Assembly (NCBI RefSeq): GCF_904374465.1
Contig: NZ_CAJFFY010000002.1
Strand: one strand, 5' to 3'
DNA: 64,000 bases
From: an uncultured Subdoligranulum sp.
GTDB taxonomy: Bacteria; Bacillota; Clostridia; Oscillospirales; Ruminococcaceae
The notes under the pieces: generated by a model
Database searches by the model: none
What the model was told of the DNA's origin: nothing
The model's input: the letters and a program-made list of their open reading frames with translations, nothing else
In this document: in pieces, positions 1-7,313 of the stretch
How positions within the stretch are numbered: the stretch's first letter is position 1
How the letters are laid out: each line of letters begins with the position of its first letter
Translations under genes and position numbers: made by a program

Positions 1-996
1 GACGGCGGGCACAATCTCATGCAGGCGGGTGTAGCAGGTGTGCCGCTGGCAGTAGCTGCCAAGGGGGCGAATGCCGGCGCGCTGCACCATGTTTTTCCAC
101 TCGGAATAGTAGGCGTTCTCGTCCCGGTCTACCAGGCCATACCGGGCGCGGGGCAAAAGCGCCTGCAGCACGGGTACTATCGGCTCGGCGATGGGGATTT
201 CCCGGTCACGGCCGGCAGCGGTTTTGATACCGCCCACGATGCACCGGCCGGGAATATCAACACGGGAAACATCCTGTGCAAACAGTTCCCCGGTGCGCAT
301 ACCGGTGTAGGCCATGACAAGAGCATACCCGGAAATGGAGGGCTGGCCGTTCTGCCAGTCATTCCAGATCGCCTGCATCTCCTGGCAGGTGCGGGCGTCC
401 TTGGAAGTGAGGGGCTTGCTGGGCAGCTCGATGTGGGAAACAATGGTTTCCCGGCCGGGGTCGATGACGTTCTCCAACACGGCCATATCAAAGATTTTCT
501 GCAGGATGGTTTTGGCGTCCCGCTTTGGGTAAAAGGCACCCTCGATACCGTCCACCAGGTTCTGCAGCTCGGAATAGCGCAGGCTGGCCACATCGCGCTC
601 CTTGATGGAATCCAGACGTTTATAGGCCGTCAGGTAATGGCTGCGCTTGTCAGGGGAAATTTCCTGCCACTTGCGGGAAGCCTGCACCAGCGTGAACAGC
701 TGGTCAACGGTGCGGGTCACCGGACCGCCCTCCTGGCCGGTGCGCAGATTGGGCAAATAGTTGATAGCATCGGCACGGGTTGCAAAGCCGCCCTTGGTGA
801 CGGTGGACACGATGACACCGCCGCGCTTCATCCGAACCTTGGCCGTCCAGGTAGAACCGCGCTTATACACGCTGCCGGTGCCGTTGGGGTTATGGGTTTT
901 CTTGGAAGCACGTGGAGTGGTGGTCTGCTTTTTACCGCAGTACCGGCAGTAGAGATCACCATCGTCTATTTCTTTTTTGCACTTGACGCACAGCAT
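1..996 (-). CDS. int: Tyrosine recombinase / phage integrase, C-terminus cut by window edge
   Basis: Absent from the ORF track because there is no stop inside the window. Reverse translation from ATG 996 (AGGAG RBS) gives MLCVKCKKEIDDGDLYCRYCGKK (Zn-ribbon), then MAYTGMRTGEL (box I Arg) and QRHTCYTRL (box II HxxR). Open for 332 codons to position 1. ORF 19..1470 on + is its antisense shadow. Confidence 0.85.
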   Translation of the reverse strand, partial: MLCVKCKKEIDDGDLYCRYCGKKQTTTPRASKKTHNPNGTGSVYKRGSTWTAKVRMKRGGVIVSTVTKGGFATRADAINYLPNLRTGQEGGPVTRTVDQLFTLVQASRKWQEISPDKRSHYLTAYKRLDSIKERDVASLRYSELQNLVDGIEGAFYPKRDAKTILQKIFDMAVLENVIDPGRETIVSHIELPSKPLTSKDARTCQEMQAIWNDWQNGQPSISGYALVMAYTGMRTGELFAQDVSRVDIPGRCIVGGIKTAAGRDREIPIAEPIVPVLQALLPRARYGLVDRDENAYYSEWKNMVQRAGIRPLGSYCQRHTCYTRLHEIVPAV

Positions 997-1002
997 ATAA
1001 AA

Positions 1003-1701
1003 TCACTCCTGGAATTCAACGCCGGAAAAAACGGGCAAGGTATTGATGTCACCATCCCAGAAATAAGTGGCAGTGAAAACTGTTCGGACAGTGGCACCAA
1101 AAGAATTCTGGGAATCCACATAGGAAGTAACGGTCCAGGAATCTCCCTCCCGCGTTACGCTGTACTGGTCGAGATCAAGAATAGTACCGGGGAAGCTGGC
1201 GGTGGAGGGGGATTTGAGATAAGAAGGAACATCACGGCTGATGGAACTGGCCAAGATTACCCGCTGAGAATCCGTCACAAAAAGATCGGAGAAGGTAGCA
1301 ACCACCTGATTGTCACGGTACAAGTATATGTCAAGATCACCCTCGTACAAATCTTTGACAGTAGAAGCATCGGTAGAAAAAGCCACAAACCGGTAGCCCT
1401 CATAGGGGATAAACACAAGGTCGGAATCTTCGGTATAACAATCCGACAAATCATCAATGCCAACCTGTGAAGTTACGTCCATAAGGCTTTGCGCAAGTGA
1501 TTCAGATATACCAATGTCAGAAGCAAGTACTTGCGCAGGGCTGGGCGTGGGGGACGGGGTGGGACTTGGAGTGGGAGAAGGCGTTGGGGATGCAGTAGGC
1601 GTAGGAGTTGGAGCGGGCGCAATAATGCCGGCCTGTTGACACCGGGACATTACAAAAGTGAAGCACACAATTACAAAAATAATGACAGCTAGTTTTTTCA
1701 T
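1003..1701 (-). CDS. Secreted or membrane-anchored protein with Pro/Thr/Ser-rich linker
   Basis: ORF 1003..1767; best start is MKKLAVIIFVIVCFTFVMS after a GGAG RBS. Hydrophobic N-terminus, then APAPTPTPTASPTPSPTPSPTPSPTPSP. No canonical lipobox. Confidence 0.7.
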   Translation of the reverse strand: MKKLAVIIFVIVCFTFVMSRCQQAGIIAPAPTPTPTASPTPSPTPSPTPSPTPSPAQVLASDIGISESLAQSLMDVTSQVGIDDLSDCYTEDSDLVFIPYEGYRFVAFSTDASTVKDLYEGDLDIYLYRDNQVVATFSDLFVTDSQRVILASSISRDVPSYLKSPSTASFPGTILDLDQYSVTREGDSWTVTSYVDSQNSFGATVRTVFTATYFWDGDINTLPVFSGVEFQE

Positions 1702-1942
1702 GGGAACTCCTTTCAATAACAAAAGCCCCGGCGCACGGCCGGGGCTGATGGTACAGGTATAGAACAACTGCGCACACCCGCCCCATCAGATGCACACAGT
1801 ATCTTTATAGACACTATATCATAGAAAGCTAGTTGTAGCAAGTAGAGTAGCAAGTGAATAGATAAAGAAAAGCACCAGGACCCAAAAGCCCTGGTGCTTT
1901 TTCAGTTGGAGCGGCGATGCCGATCAGCGGCAAGATCAAGCA

Positions 1943-2410
1943 CTATCCGGCGGAAGTAGAGGATTCGTCCATGTTGTTTTTTTCGTCGGCCACCATATCC
2001 ATGTAATCGCGGGCGGCGGCCACCGCCTCGGCGGCGGTATCGCTGACGGAAGCGGGGGAAAATTTTTCAACAAGATTGTCCACATACCGCATGATGGCGG
2101 CCCGGTCGGATTCGGACAATTCCAAAAACGCAGCCAGAGCGGACTGTTCGCGTGCGGTCAATTTGTATTCGTCGGCCAGCCGGGAGAGGATGGAGGACTG
2201 GTCCTGATCGAACATGTCCCCATCGCCGGTGCGAAGCCAAGTTTCGTTGACGTTGAACTCACGGCAGATAGAAAGAATTGTCTGCTCAGACGCACCAGAC
2301 AATCCGCGCTCAATTTTGCTTAGCCCAGAACTGGTAATACCAATGCGAGAACTGAAGGAATCAAGCGTAAGGTGCAAATGCTTCCGTACGATTTTAATGC
2401 GCTCATTCAT
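1943..2410 (-). CDS. XRE-family HTH repressor (cI-like)
   Basis: MNERIKIVRKHLHLTLDSFSSRIGITSSGLSKIERG fits an HTH_3 pattern. Divergent from the rightward early operon and adjacent to the integrase module. Confidence 0.85.
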   Translation of the reverse strand: MNERIKIVRKHLHLTLDSFSSRIGITSSGLSKIERGLSGASEQTILSICREFNVNETWLRTGDGDMFDQDQSSILSRLADEYKLTAREQSALAAFLELSESDRAAIMRYVDNLVEKFSPASVSDTAAEAVAAARDYMDMVADEKNNMDESSTSAG

Positions 2411-2482
2411 TATGTTCACCACCTTTCTGATAATAGAATATCACAAAAAATGTAGTAAGTCAAATTATTTTGAAAAAATACG

Positions 2483-2511
2483 TTGACAAAATGGAGTAAG
2501 TACGCTATAAT
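2483..2511 (+). promoter_or_regulatory. Consensus sigma-70-type rightward early promoter
   Basis: TTGACA (2483-2488), 17 nt, TATAAT (2506-2511), 70 nt upstream of CDS 2581. Operator-like words: GTAGTAAGTCAA (2452-2463), CTGACTAC (2529-2536), TTGACTAC (2555-2562). Confidence 0.7.
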
Positions 2512-2580
2512 GAGACTGTAAAAATCAACTGACTACAAATTAAGAGAAAATAATTTGACTACGGAAAGGCGGAGGAAAGC

Positions 2581-2898
2581 ATGTGCGAACAGATGCAACT
2601 GACTTGCACCAAACACAAGCTGTATGACCTTTTGGTGTCAATTCGTGGAGCCGGAGGTATGCCGTCGTTCGGAAAGTGCACTTTCAAAAAGGCATATCGA
2701 AAACGGTCGTGGTGGATGGAATGGAGCACAAAGTGGGCAGATTTTGAGGTGTATTTTTCGACCGTAGCAGGTGACCCGGTCATAGTCACAACTGTGAGAA
2801 ATTACAGTCGGGACGGAAGTGTTGAGAAAACGATGCGGTACACCAGAAAGGTTGCGGTAGAGGTACTGAAAAAGTACGGAATGCTTGAATGTACTTGA
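2581..2898 (+). CDS. Hypothetical early phage protein
   Basis: ORF with GGAGGAAAGC RBS; first gene after the early promoter. Confidence 0.6.
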   Translation: MCEQMQLTCTKHKLYDLLVSIRGAGGMPSFGKCTFKKAYRKRSWWMEWSTKWADFEVYFSTVAGDPVIVTTVRNYSRDGSVEKTMRYTRKVAVEVLKKYGMLECT

Positions 2899-3157
2899 AT
2901 GTAAAGGTACAGCAGAAAGGGGCGTGGTACGCATGGACAGGGAAGAAGTATTTGCCCACTATGGCAAAACATGCCCGAAAGAAAACGGGTTCGGCTACGG
3001 GTTATGGCCGAGAGAAAAAGCGATGGAAAATCTGAAAGAGCTGCCAGAATTTCTACCGTACCTCAACCCAAAGAAGAAAATCCGAATCACATTTGACTAT
3101 GACCCGGATTTCCCGTTCGCACTGTTTACAACCGAAAACCTGAGAGAGGACGACTAG
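2885..3157 (+). CDS. Hypothetical early phage protein
   Basis: ORF 2885..3157; an alternative start at 2933 (MDREEVF) is possible. Confidence 0.5.
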   Translation: MNVLECKGTAERGVVRMDREEVFAHYGKTCPKENGFGYGLWPREKAMENLKELPEFLPYLNPKKKIRITFDYDPDFPFALFTTENLREDD

Positions 3158-3363
3158 TTGCCCAGCTTTGTGCAGCGGCAGCCGGGCGGGATGATGCCAA
3201 GGGATAAAACATCCTCTTTTTTATCCCATAGGAACTCGACGCCAACAAGGCCGGAAGAACTGTACTGCGGGAACGATTCCCATGCATAACGGTGGATGTT
3301 TTCGCAGACGGAGATACGCTGTTCGACCGGTAGTGAAGTGAGATCGACTGAATAGAACGGCAC
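3154..3363 (-). CDS. Hypothetical small protein (69 aa, GTG start)
   Basis: C-terminal part of track ORF 3154..4185. GGGAGG RBS 8 nt before GTG at 3363; sequence VPFYSVDLTSLPVEQRISVCENIHRYAWESF looks protein-like. The upstream part of that ORF is rejected. Confidence 0.4.
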   Translation of the reverse strand: MPFYSVDLTSLPVEQRISVCENIHRYAWESFPQYSSSGLVGVEFLWDKKEDVLSLGIIPPGCRCTKLGN

Positions 3364-3459
3364 AAAATTCACCTCCCTCCTATTGGAAATAGCGGCCGGA
3401 CGGGGCCACTGATTCCAGTATAACAGAGAGAAAGAGGAAACAAAAGGAGAAGTACAGCA

Positions 3460-3615
3460 ATGAGCAAGAAAGAACAGGATGCGCGCTGGATGGCGGAGCA
3501 GCTGGAAAAGCTGCCGGAGACAGCTCAGGAGCATGTTCGCGGCGTAATCGTAGGGGTGAAACTTGCGACAGAGGAACGTCAGAAGCAGAAAGAAGATGCC
3601 CGCGAGGGCGCCTGA
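3460..3615 (+). CDS. Hypothetical small protein (51 aa)
   Basis: AAAAGGAG RBS then ATG 3460; MSKKEQDARWMAEQLEKLPETAQEHVRGVIVGVKLATEERQKQKEDAREGA. Below the track length cutoff. Confidence 0.5.
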   Translation: MSKKEQDARWMAEQLEKLPETAQEHVRGVIVGVKLATEERQKQKEDAREGA

Positions 3616-3645
3616 TATACCGCCCGGCGGATGCCGGGCACCCTT

Positions 3646-3721
3646 GCCGGCGAAGCACAAATGGCTGTGCAGCTGATTTGTAATCAGAAGGCTACGGGTT
3701 CGAGGCCCGCCGCCGGCTCCA
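3646..3721 (+). tRNA. tRNA-Thr (anticodon TGT), phage-encoded
   Basis: 76 nt with canonical numbering. Acceptor GCCGGCG/CGCCGGC, D stem GCAC/GTGC with G18G19, anticodon loop TTTGTAA, T loop TTCGAGG, encoded CCA. Atypical A8 and mismatches at 27:43 (G.A) and 49:65 (A.C). Confidence 0.8.
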
Positions 3722-3724
3722 TAT

Positions 3725-3799
3725 GCGAGGGTCGTATAACGGCTAGTACACCAGCCTTCCAAGCTGGGAGCGGGGGTTCGATTCCCCTTCCTCGCTCCA
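3725..3799 (+). tRNA. tRNA-Gly (anticodon TCC), phage-encoded
   Basis: 75 nt. Acceptor GCGAGGG/TCCTCGC, anticodon stem CCAGC/GCTGG with loop CTTCCAA, T arm GGGGG-TTCGATT-CCCCT, discriminator T, encoded CCA. Confidence 0.9.
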
Positions 3800-4280
3800 T
3801 GGTAAACCTGGATGCCAAAGAAAACCTGCTTCGACAGGGAAGTGAACGGTTGAGCCGGACACACCAGGATAGAGCGTGACAGGTGGAAACGCTCACCGTC
3901 CTTGCCCCAACCAAGCACCGGGACGGCCCTGCAATGTGAGGCGATTGCCCAAACGTTCGGGGGTATGAGCCTCGTCCATGTTCCCTGTCTGGCCTGGGTG
4001 AGTGGCCAGAACCGCCGCGGGTGAAGCGGGACCCGGCCCTGACATTCGTCCGCGTGGGTGCCCCAAAATGCCCACCAGGCCGGGATATAAGGGGAACGCG
4101 CCCGCGCGAGGACGCGGACCCCGTGGGGTGATGGCCGCCGCGCAGCCATAATCAAACCTCCTGTTTTTGCATTTTTCTCCTTCACAGTTTTTCACGAAGC
4201 AGCGCGGCGGCCTTTATATGGTGCAAGGGCAAGGCGATACAACGTACCGTCGCCCGGTTCAACTCCGGGATGCGCCACCA
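3800..4280 (+). ncRNA. Candidate large structured noncoding RNA, ending in a tRNA-like T-arm/acceptor/CCA module
   Basis: 495-nt gap with no credible ORF. It is dense in local and nested GC helices (coordinates in findings), sits directly 3' of two tRNAs, and has a 61-nt tRNA-like module at 4220-4280. Confidence 0.5.
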
Positions 4281-4294
4281 GAAAGGAAAAGACA

Positions 4295-4537
4295 ATGGAC
4301 AAGGTATTGGGACCACAGATCACGGTTGACGATGCCGTGAAAATCCTGCGGAAGAACGGATTCAAAACCAGCGTGGACAAGCTGCGCGCCGGTCTTGTGC
4401 AGGGAATCTACCCGTTCGGGGATGTGGTGCAGCGGTGTGACGGACTGATCAAGAACGATTGCTACGACGTGTACACCCTGCAGTTGAAAAAGTGGATTGA
4501 AGAAAGGACGGGAAGCAACAATGTGTTGGGCATGTGA
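4295..4537 (+). CDS. Hypothetical small phage protein (possible DNA-binding)
   Basis: ORF with GAAAGGAAAAG RBS. Function not recognised. Confidence 0.6.
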   Translation: MDKVLGPQITVDDAVKILRKNGFKTSVDKLRAGLVQGIYPFGDVVQRCDGLIKNDCYDVYTLQLKKWIEERTGSNNVLGM

Positions 4538-4772
4538 AGCGGCACTGGCCGCGCTGAAAGCTGCCGCACTGTGCGGTTTGCTGCTGGCTGTGATGGCGGT
4601 GGACGCCGGAGCACAGAACGCCCCCGGCGGGATGCTGTACACGGCGGCGTGGCTGGTGGGAATTACACTGGCAGAAAACGCCCTGCTGGGGTGGATGGAA
4701 AAAGTGAAGAAAGCACAAGCCGCGCAGTTGGCGCGGCAGAAAGGAAGGACACTTGCAGAACAGATCAACTGA
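4521..4772 (+). CDS. Small membrane protein
   Basis: MCWACEAALAALKAAALCGLLLAVMAV plus a second hydrophobic segment; overlaps the upstream stop. Confidence 0.5.
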   Translation: MCWACEAALAALKAAALCGLLLAVMAVDAGAQNAPGGMLYTAAWLVGITLAENALLGWMEKVKKAQAAQLARQKGRTLAEQIN

Positions 4773-4832
4773 CGGCAGAGGCGCCGGGTTTCTGCCCGGT
4801 GTCTATTTTTTTTACCCAAAAAGGAGGAACTG

Positions 4833-5111
4833 ATGGATTACCAAGTGAATTTATCTCTGCCCGAGATAGAGTTTCTGGAAAACCACCTGCTCTGCTTGAT
4901 GAAGGAAAACTTTGAAGCACAGTATTTCATCGTAGCAGAGGCGGAGACAATCATGACCAGTCCGTGCTTTGAAAACGGAACGCAAATGGCCAATCTCCTG
5001 ATGGCTCATGCAACCAGCAGGATGGAGGGAAGAACCAGACTGTATAACTCCATTCTGGAACATATCCGGGCGGCCAGGCTTCGCGCAGAACAGTGCCGCA
5101 CAGAAGAGTAA
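4833..5111 (+). CDS. Hypothetical phage protein
   Basis: AAAAGGAGG RBS; 92-aa ORF. Confidence 0.65.
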   Translation: MDYQVNLSLPEIEFLENHLLCLMKENFEAQYFIVAEAETIMTSPCFENGTQMANLLMAHATSRMEGRTRLYNSILEHIRAARLRAEQCRTEE

Positions 5112-5126
5112 GGAGGTGAGAAAATC

Positions 5127-5354
5127 ATGGATGTGAAGAACTGCCGGATTTGCGGCGCAGCGATTACCTTTATCCGCACGGAAAAGGGAAAGTACATGCC
5201 CTGCGATGCCCAGGCTATGCCCTACAAAAAAGCCCAGGACGGACCGGAAAACATCATTACCCCGGCGGGGAAGCTGGTGCGCGGCCGATGGCTGCCCGGT
5301 GGCCAGGGGGATGGCGTAGGATACCGGCCGCACTGGGCCAGCTGCCACAAGTAA
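5127..5354 (+). CDS. Small Cys-containing (Zn-finger-like) phage protein
   Basis: TAAGGAGG RBS; MDVKNCRICGAAITFIRTEKGKYMPCD ... HWASCHK. Confidence 0.65.
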   Translation: MDVKNCRICGAAITFIRTEKGKYMPCDAQAMPYKKAQDGPENIITPAGKLVRGRWLPGGQGDGVGYRPHWASCHK

Positions 5355-5399
5355 GTGCGCAGTGGAGCGGAAAAGCAGTGTGTGGGAAAAGCTATGGTC

Positions 5400-5900
5400 A
5401 GCCGCGCAATGGAAGTGAACTGCCCCGGGAAGCATTGGAAAAGAAAAGCCTTGCAGCGGAGGGGAATAGATTGACAGGAAACGAATTGGAAAAGAAAGGG
5501 AACTGCTTGGATTCGATAAGATAGGGCGGGGAGATGAACAGACCTGGACCGAGCTGATATGGAGCAGATGGAAAATGAACAGATAAGGCTTCGACCAGAG
5601 TACCTCAGCGCAGAATAGGAACTGCTGTGATAAGCGTGGATTGATAAGCGGAGAAAAAGCTGAGCATTGATATGGTGTGCGAAGGAATAGCGGCGAATTG
5701 AATAGGAAGTTTCAAAGAATCGGAATGGAAATGATTGGAAATACCTAGAGAGGGCACAGCATTGAACTGACTAGCAGCGGAGAGGCGTAGACTGCTTGGC
5801 ATGGAATTGGATTTGCAGTGAATAGATCGGAACCGAACGGAAAAGCAAGAGAAATGCAAGCCCTGGCTATGCGAAGGCAATTTGAAAACCGAAAGGAGAA
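5400..5900 (+). repeat. Purine-rich (~70% A+G on the + strand) noncoding region with degenerate direct repeats
   Basis: No credible ORF. Recurring words: GAATAG, GATAAG, AACTGCTTGG / AACTGCTGTG / GACTGCTTGG, GCAGCGGAG. Confidence 0.7.
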
Positions 5901-5906
5901 ACCACC

Positions 5907-6587
5907 ATGAAAGTCAGACTGACATTTATTGAAGAATCGCTGGGGTCAACCCCCGCCAAAGAGAACCTGCTGCGGGAGTATATTGTCAGCAAATCCAGTG
6001 ACCCGGTGAAGATCGAGGAAGAAATTGCGGCCCATGGTGTGCAGGCGGTGGAAGATGACCGAATGACCGTATTCCCCCGGCTGGCAGACGGGCGCCCGAT
6101 CTTCTGGGATTACCAGATCAAGGGATTTCTCAAAGACTCCTGGCAGATGCTGGCGAAAGCAGGAAAGGCCGGGTATGAAGGCGGCTGGGCATGTTCCTGC
6201 ATCAAAGCATACAAGAAAACCATTGACGGGCTGATTTTTGTTTTCCCCCGGCAAATACCCATAGAAATGCACGGAATGAAGATGGATACCTGCGAACGTC
6301 CTCTGCGGGCATCCACCCCGATGGGTGAGCGCGTGTCCATCGCAAAGAGCGAAACGGTGCCGGAGGGGAGCACCCTGCAGTTTGAGATCACCTGCCTGGA
6401 CCCGCACCTGGAAGAATGTGTGATCGAGTGCCTGAACTACGGAAAACTGCGCGGCCTGAGCCAGTGGCGCAACAGCGGCAAGGGCCGGTTTACATGGGAG
6501 CGGCTGGACGAACCGGCCGAGAAGCCAACAAAGAAGCGGGGAAAAAAGAAGGCTGACGAAACTGCGGAAGATGACGGAGAAGCATGA
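5907..6587 (+). CDS. Hypothetical phage protein with Lys/Glu-rich C-terminal tail
   Basis: GAAAGGAG RBS; 226 aa; family not recognised. Confidence 0.7.
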   Translation: MKVRLTFIEESLGSTPAKENLLREYIVSKSSDPVKIEEEIAAHGVQAVEDDRMTVFPRLADGRPIFWDYQIKGFLKDSWQMLAKAGKAGYEGGWACSCIKAYKKTIDGLIFVFPRQIPIEMHGMKMDTCERPLRASTPMGERVSIAKSETVPEGSTLQFEITCLDPHLEECVIECLNYGKLRGLSQWRNSGKGRFTWERLDEPAEKPTKKRGKKKADETAEDDGEA

Positions 6588-6684
6588 AGCGAGGATGTAA
6601 ACATGTGGGTATTCCTGGGTGTGGGGTTGTGCATCGTATGCGGCGGAATACTGGTGGGACTGAACCGTCGGGAAGGAAGGAGCA

Positions 6685-6942
6685 GTGAAAAGCGAAATGT
6701 CCATCGTTGATATGGTCTGCGGAGCAGTTAAGTGGGCCTGCCGGGCGGTGAGCCGGGTACTCCATGCGATCGACCGTGCGGAAAAGGCGCTTGAAGGGGT
6801 CTTGACGGATACGCTGAACAACCAGGTGGAAACGCTGGCAGCGGCAGCCGGATGGAACAGCTATATGGAGGACGCCATCATGCAGGAAGTCATGAAACAG
6901 GTGCACGACGAAATCGGAAGCCTGTCGTCCCGGCTCCAATGA
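6685..6942 (+). CDS. Hypothetical phage protein
   Basis: GTG start after GGAAGGAAGGAG. Confidence 0.5.
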   Translation: MKSEMSIVDMVCGAVKWACRAVSRVLHAIDRAEKALEGVLTDTLNNQVETLAAAAGWNSYMEDAIMQEVMKQVHDEIGSLSSRLQ

Positions 6943-7310
6943 GGGGTACAGAGACACCCGGCAGAGAGCTGGAACGGCGGTATGACCAGATCGACAAGCT
7001 GAAAGCAATCATCCTGGAAATGGTGAGGCAGGTATGCACCCTCATTACAGCTGCCAGGGTTTTCCCGTGGATAACCGAATACATACAGCTTGCGTTTGAT
7101 GATCAGATGGAACGCATCAAAGAACTGCCGGAAGATAAATACATCGAAGCGGTTGCAACCATGAGCCTGAGAATGGCGGATGTTGGAATGACAATGGCCG
7201 AATGTGCCAACGCAATGGCAGGGTTGGCCGACCTGGCCGTCGCAGATGATGAACCGCCCAGGAAGAAACCGCCGCGCCCGGCGGCGGAGCTGAAAACGAA
7301 GGAGGAATGA
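6939..7310 (+). CDS. Hypothetical phage protein
   Basis: ATGA start/stop overlap with the upstream gene; part of track ORF 6852..7310. Confidence 0.55.
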   Translation: MRGTETPGRELERRYDQIDKLKAIILEMVRQVCTLITAARVFPWITEYIQLAFDDQMERIKELPEDKYIEAVATMSLRMADVGMTMAECANAMAGLADLAVADDEPPRKKPPRPAAELKTKEE

Positions 7311-7313
7311 AAG

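Noticed and set aside
19-1470. 483-aa + strand ORF at the left edge
   Set aside because: Its Gly/Ala/Val-rich, low-information sequence is the antisense shadow of the integrase (1..996) and of the secreted protein gene. There is no RBS, and both minus-strand genes have clear motifs.
3364-4195. Long minus-strand ORFs (343 aa, 3154..4185; 100 aa, 3893..4195) with an AGGAGG-like sequence upstream
   Set aside because: They read antisense through two well-formed tRNAs and a GC-rich structured region, and are Arg/Pro/Trp-rich. Only the last 69 codons (3154..3363), which have their own RBS, were kept as a low-confidence CDS.
3800-4280. tmRNA as an explanation for the structured region ending in a T-arm/ACCA
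   Set aside because: The acceptor has no G3:U70 pair, I found no 5' strand near 3800 that pairs with ATGCGCC, and there is no tag-like reading frame ending in a typical ...LAA stop.
5907-6587. RAMP/Cas6-like assignment for the 226-aa protein (C-terminal GLSQWRNSGKGRF glycine-rich loop) acting on the upstream repeat region
   Set aside because: The resemblance is a single short loop, the upstream repeats are degenerate and not CRISPR-like, and the idea is too weak to assert without profile or structure searches.
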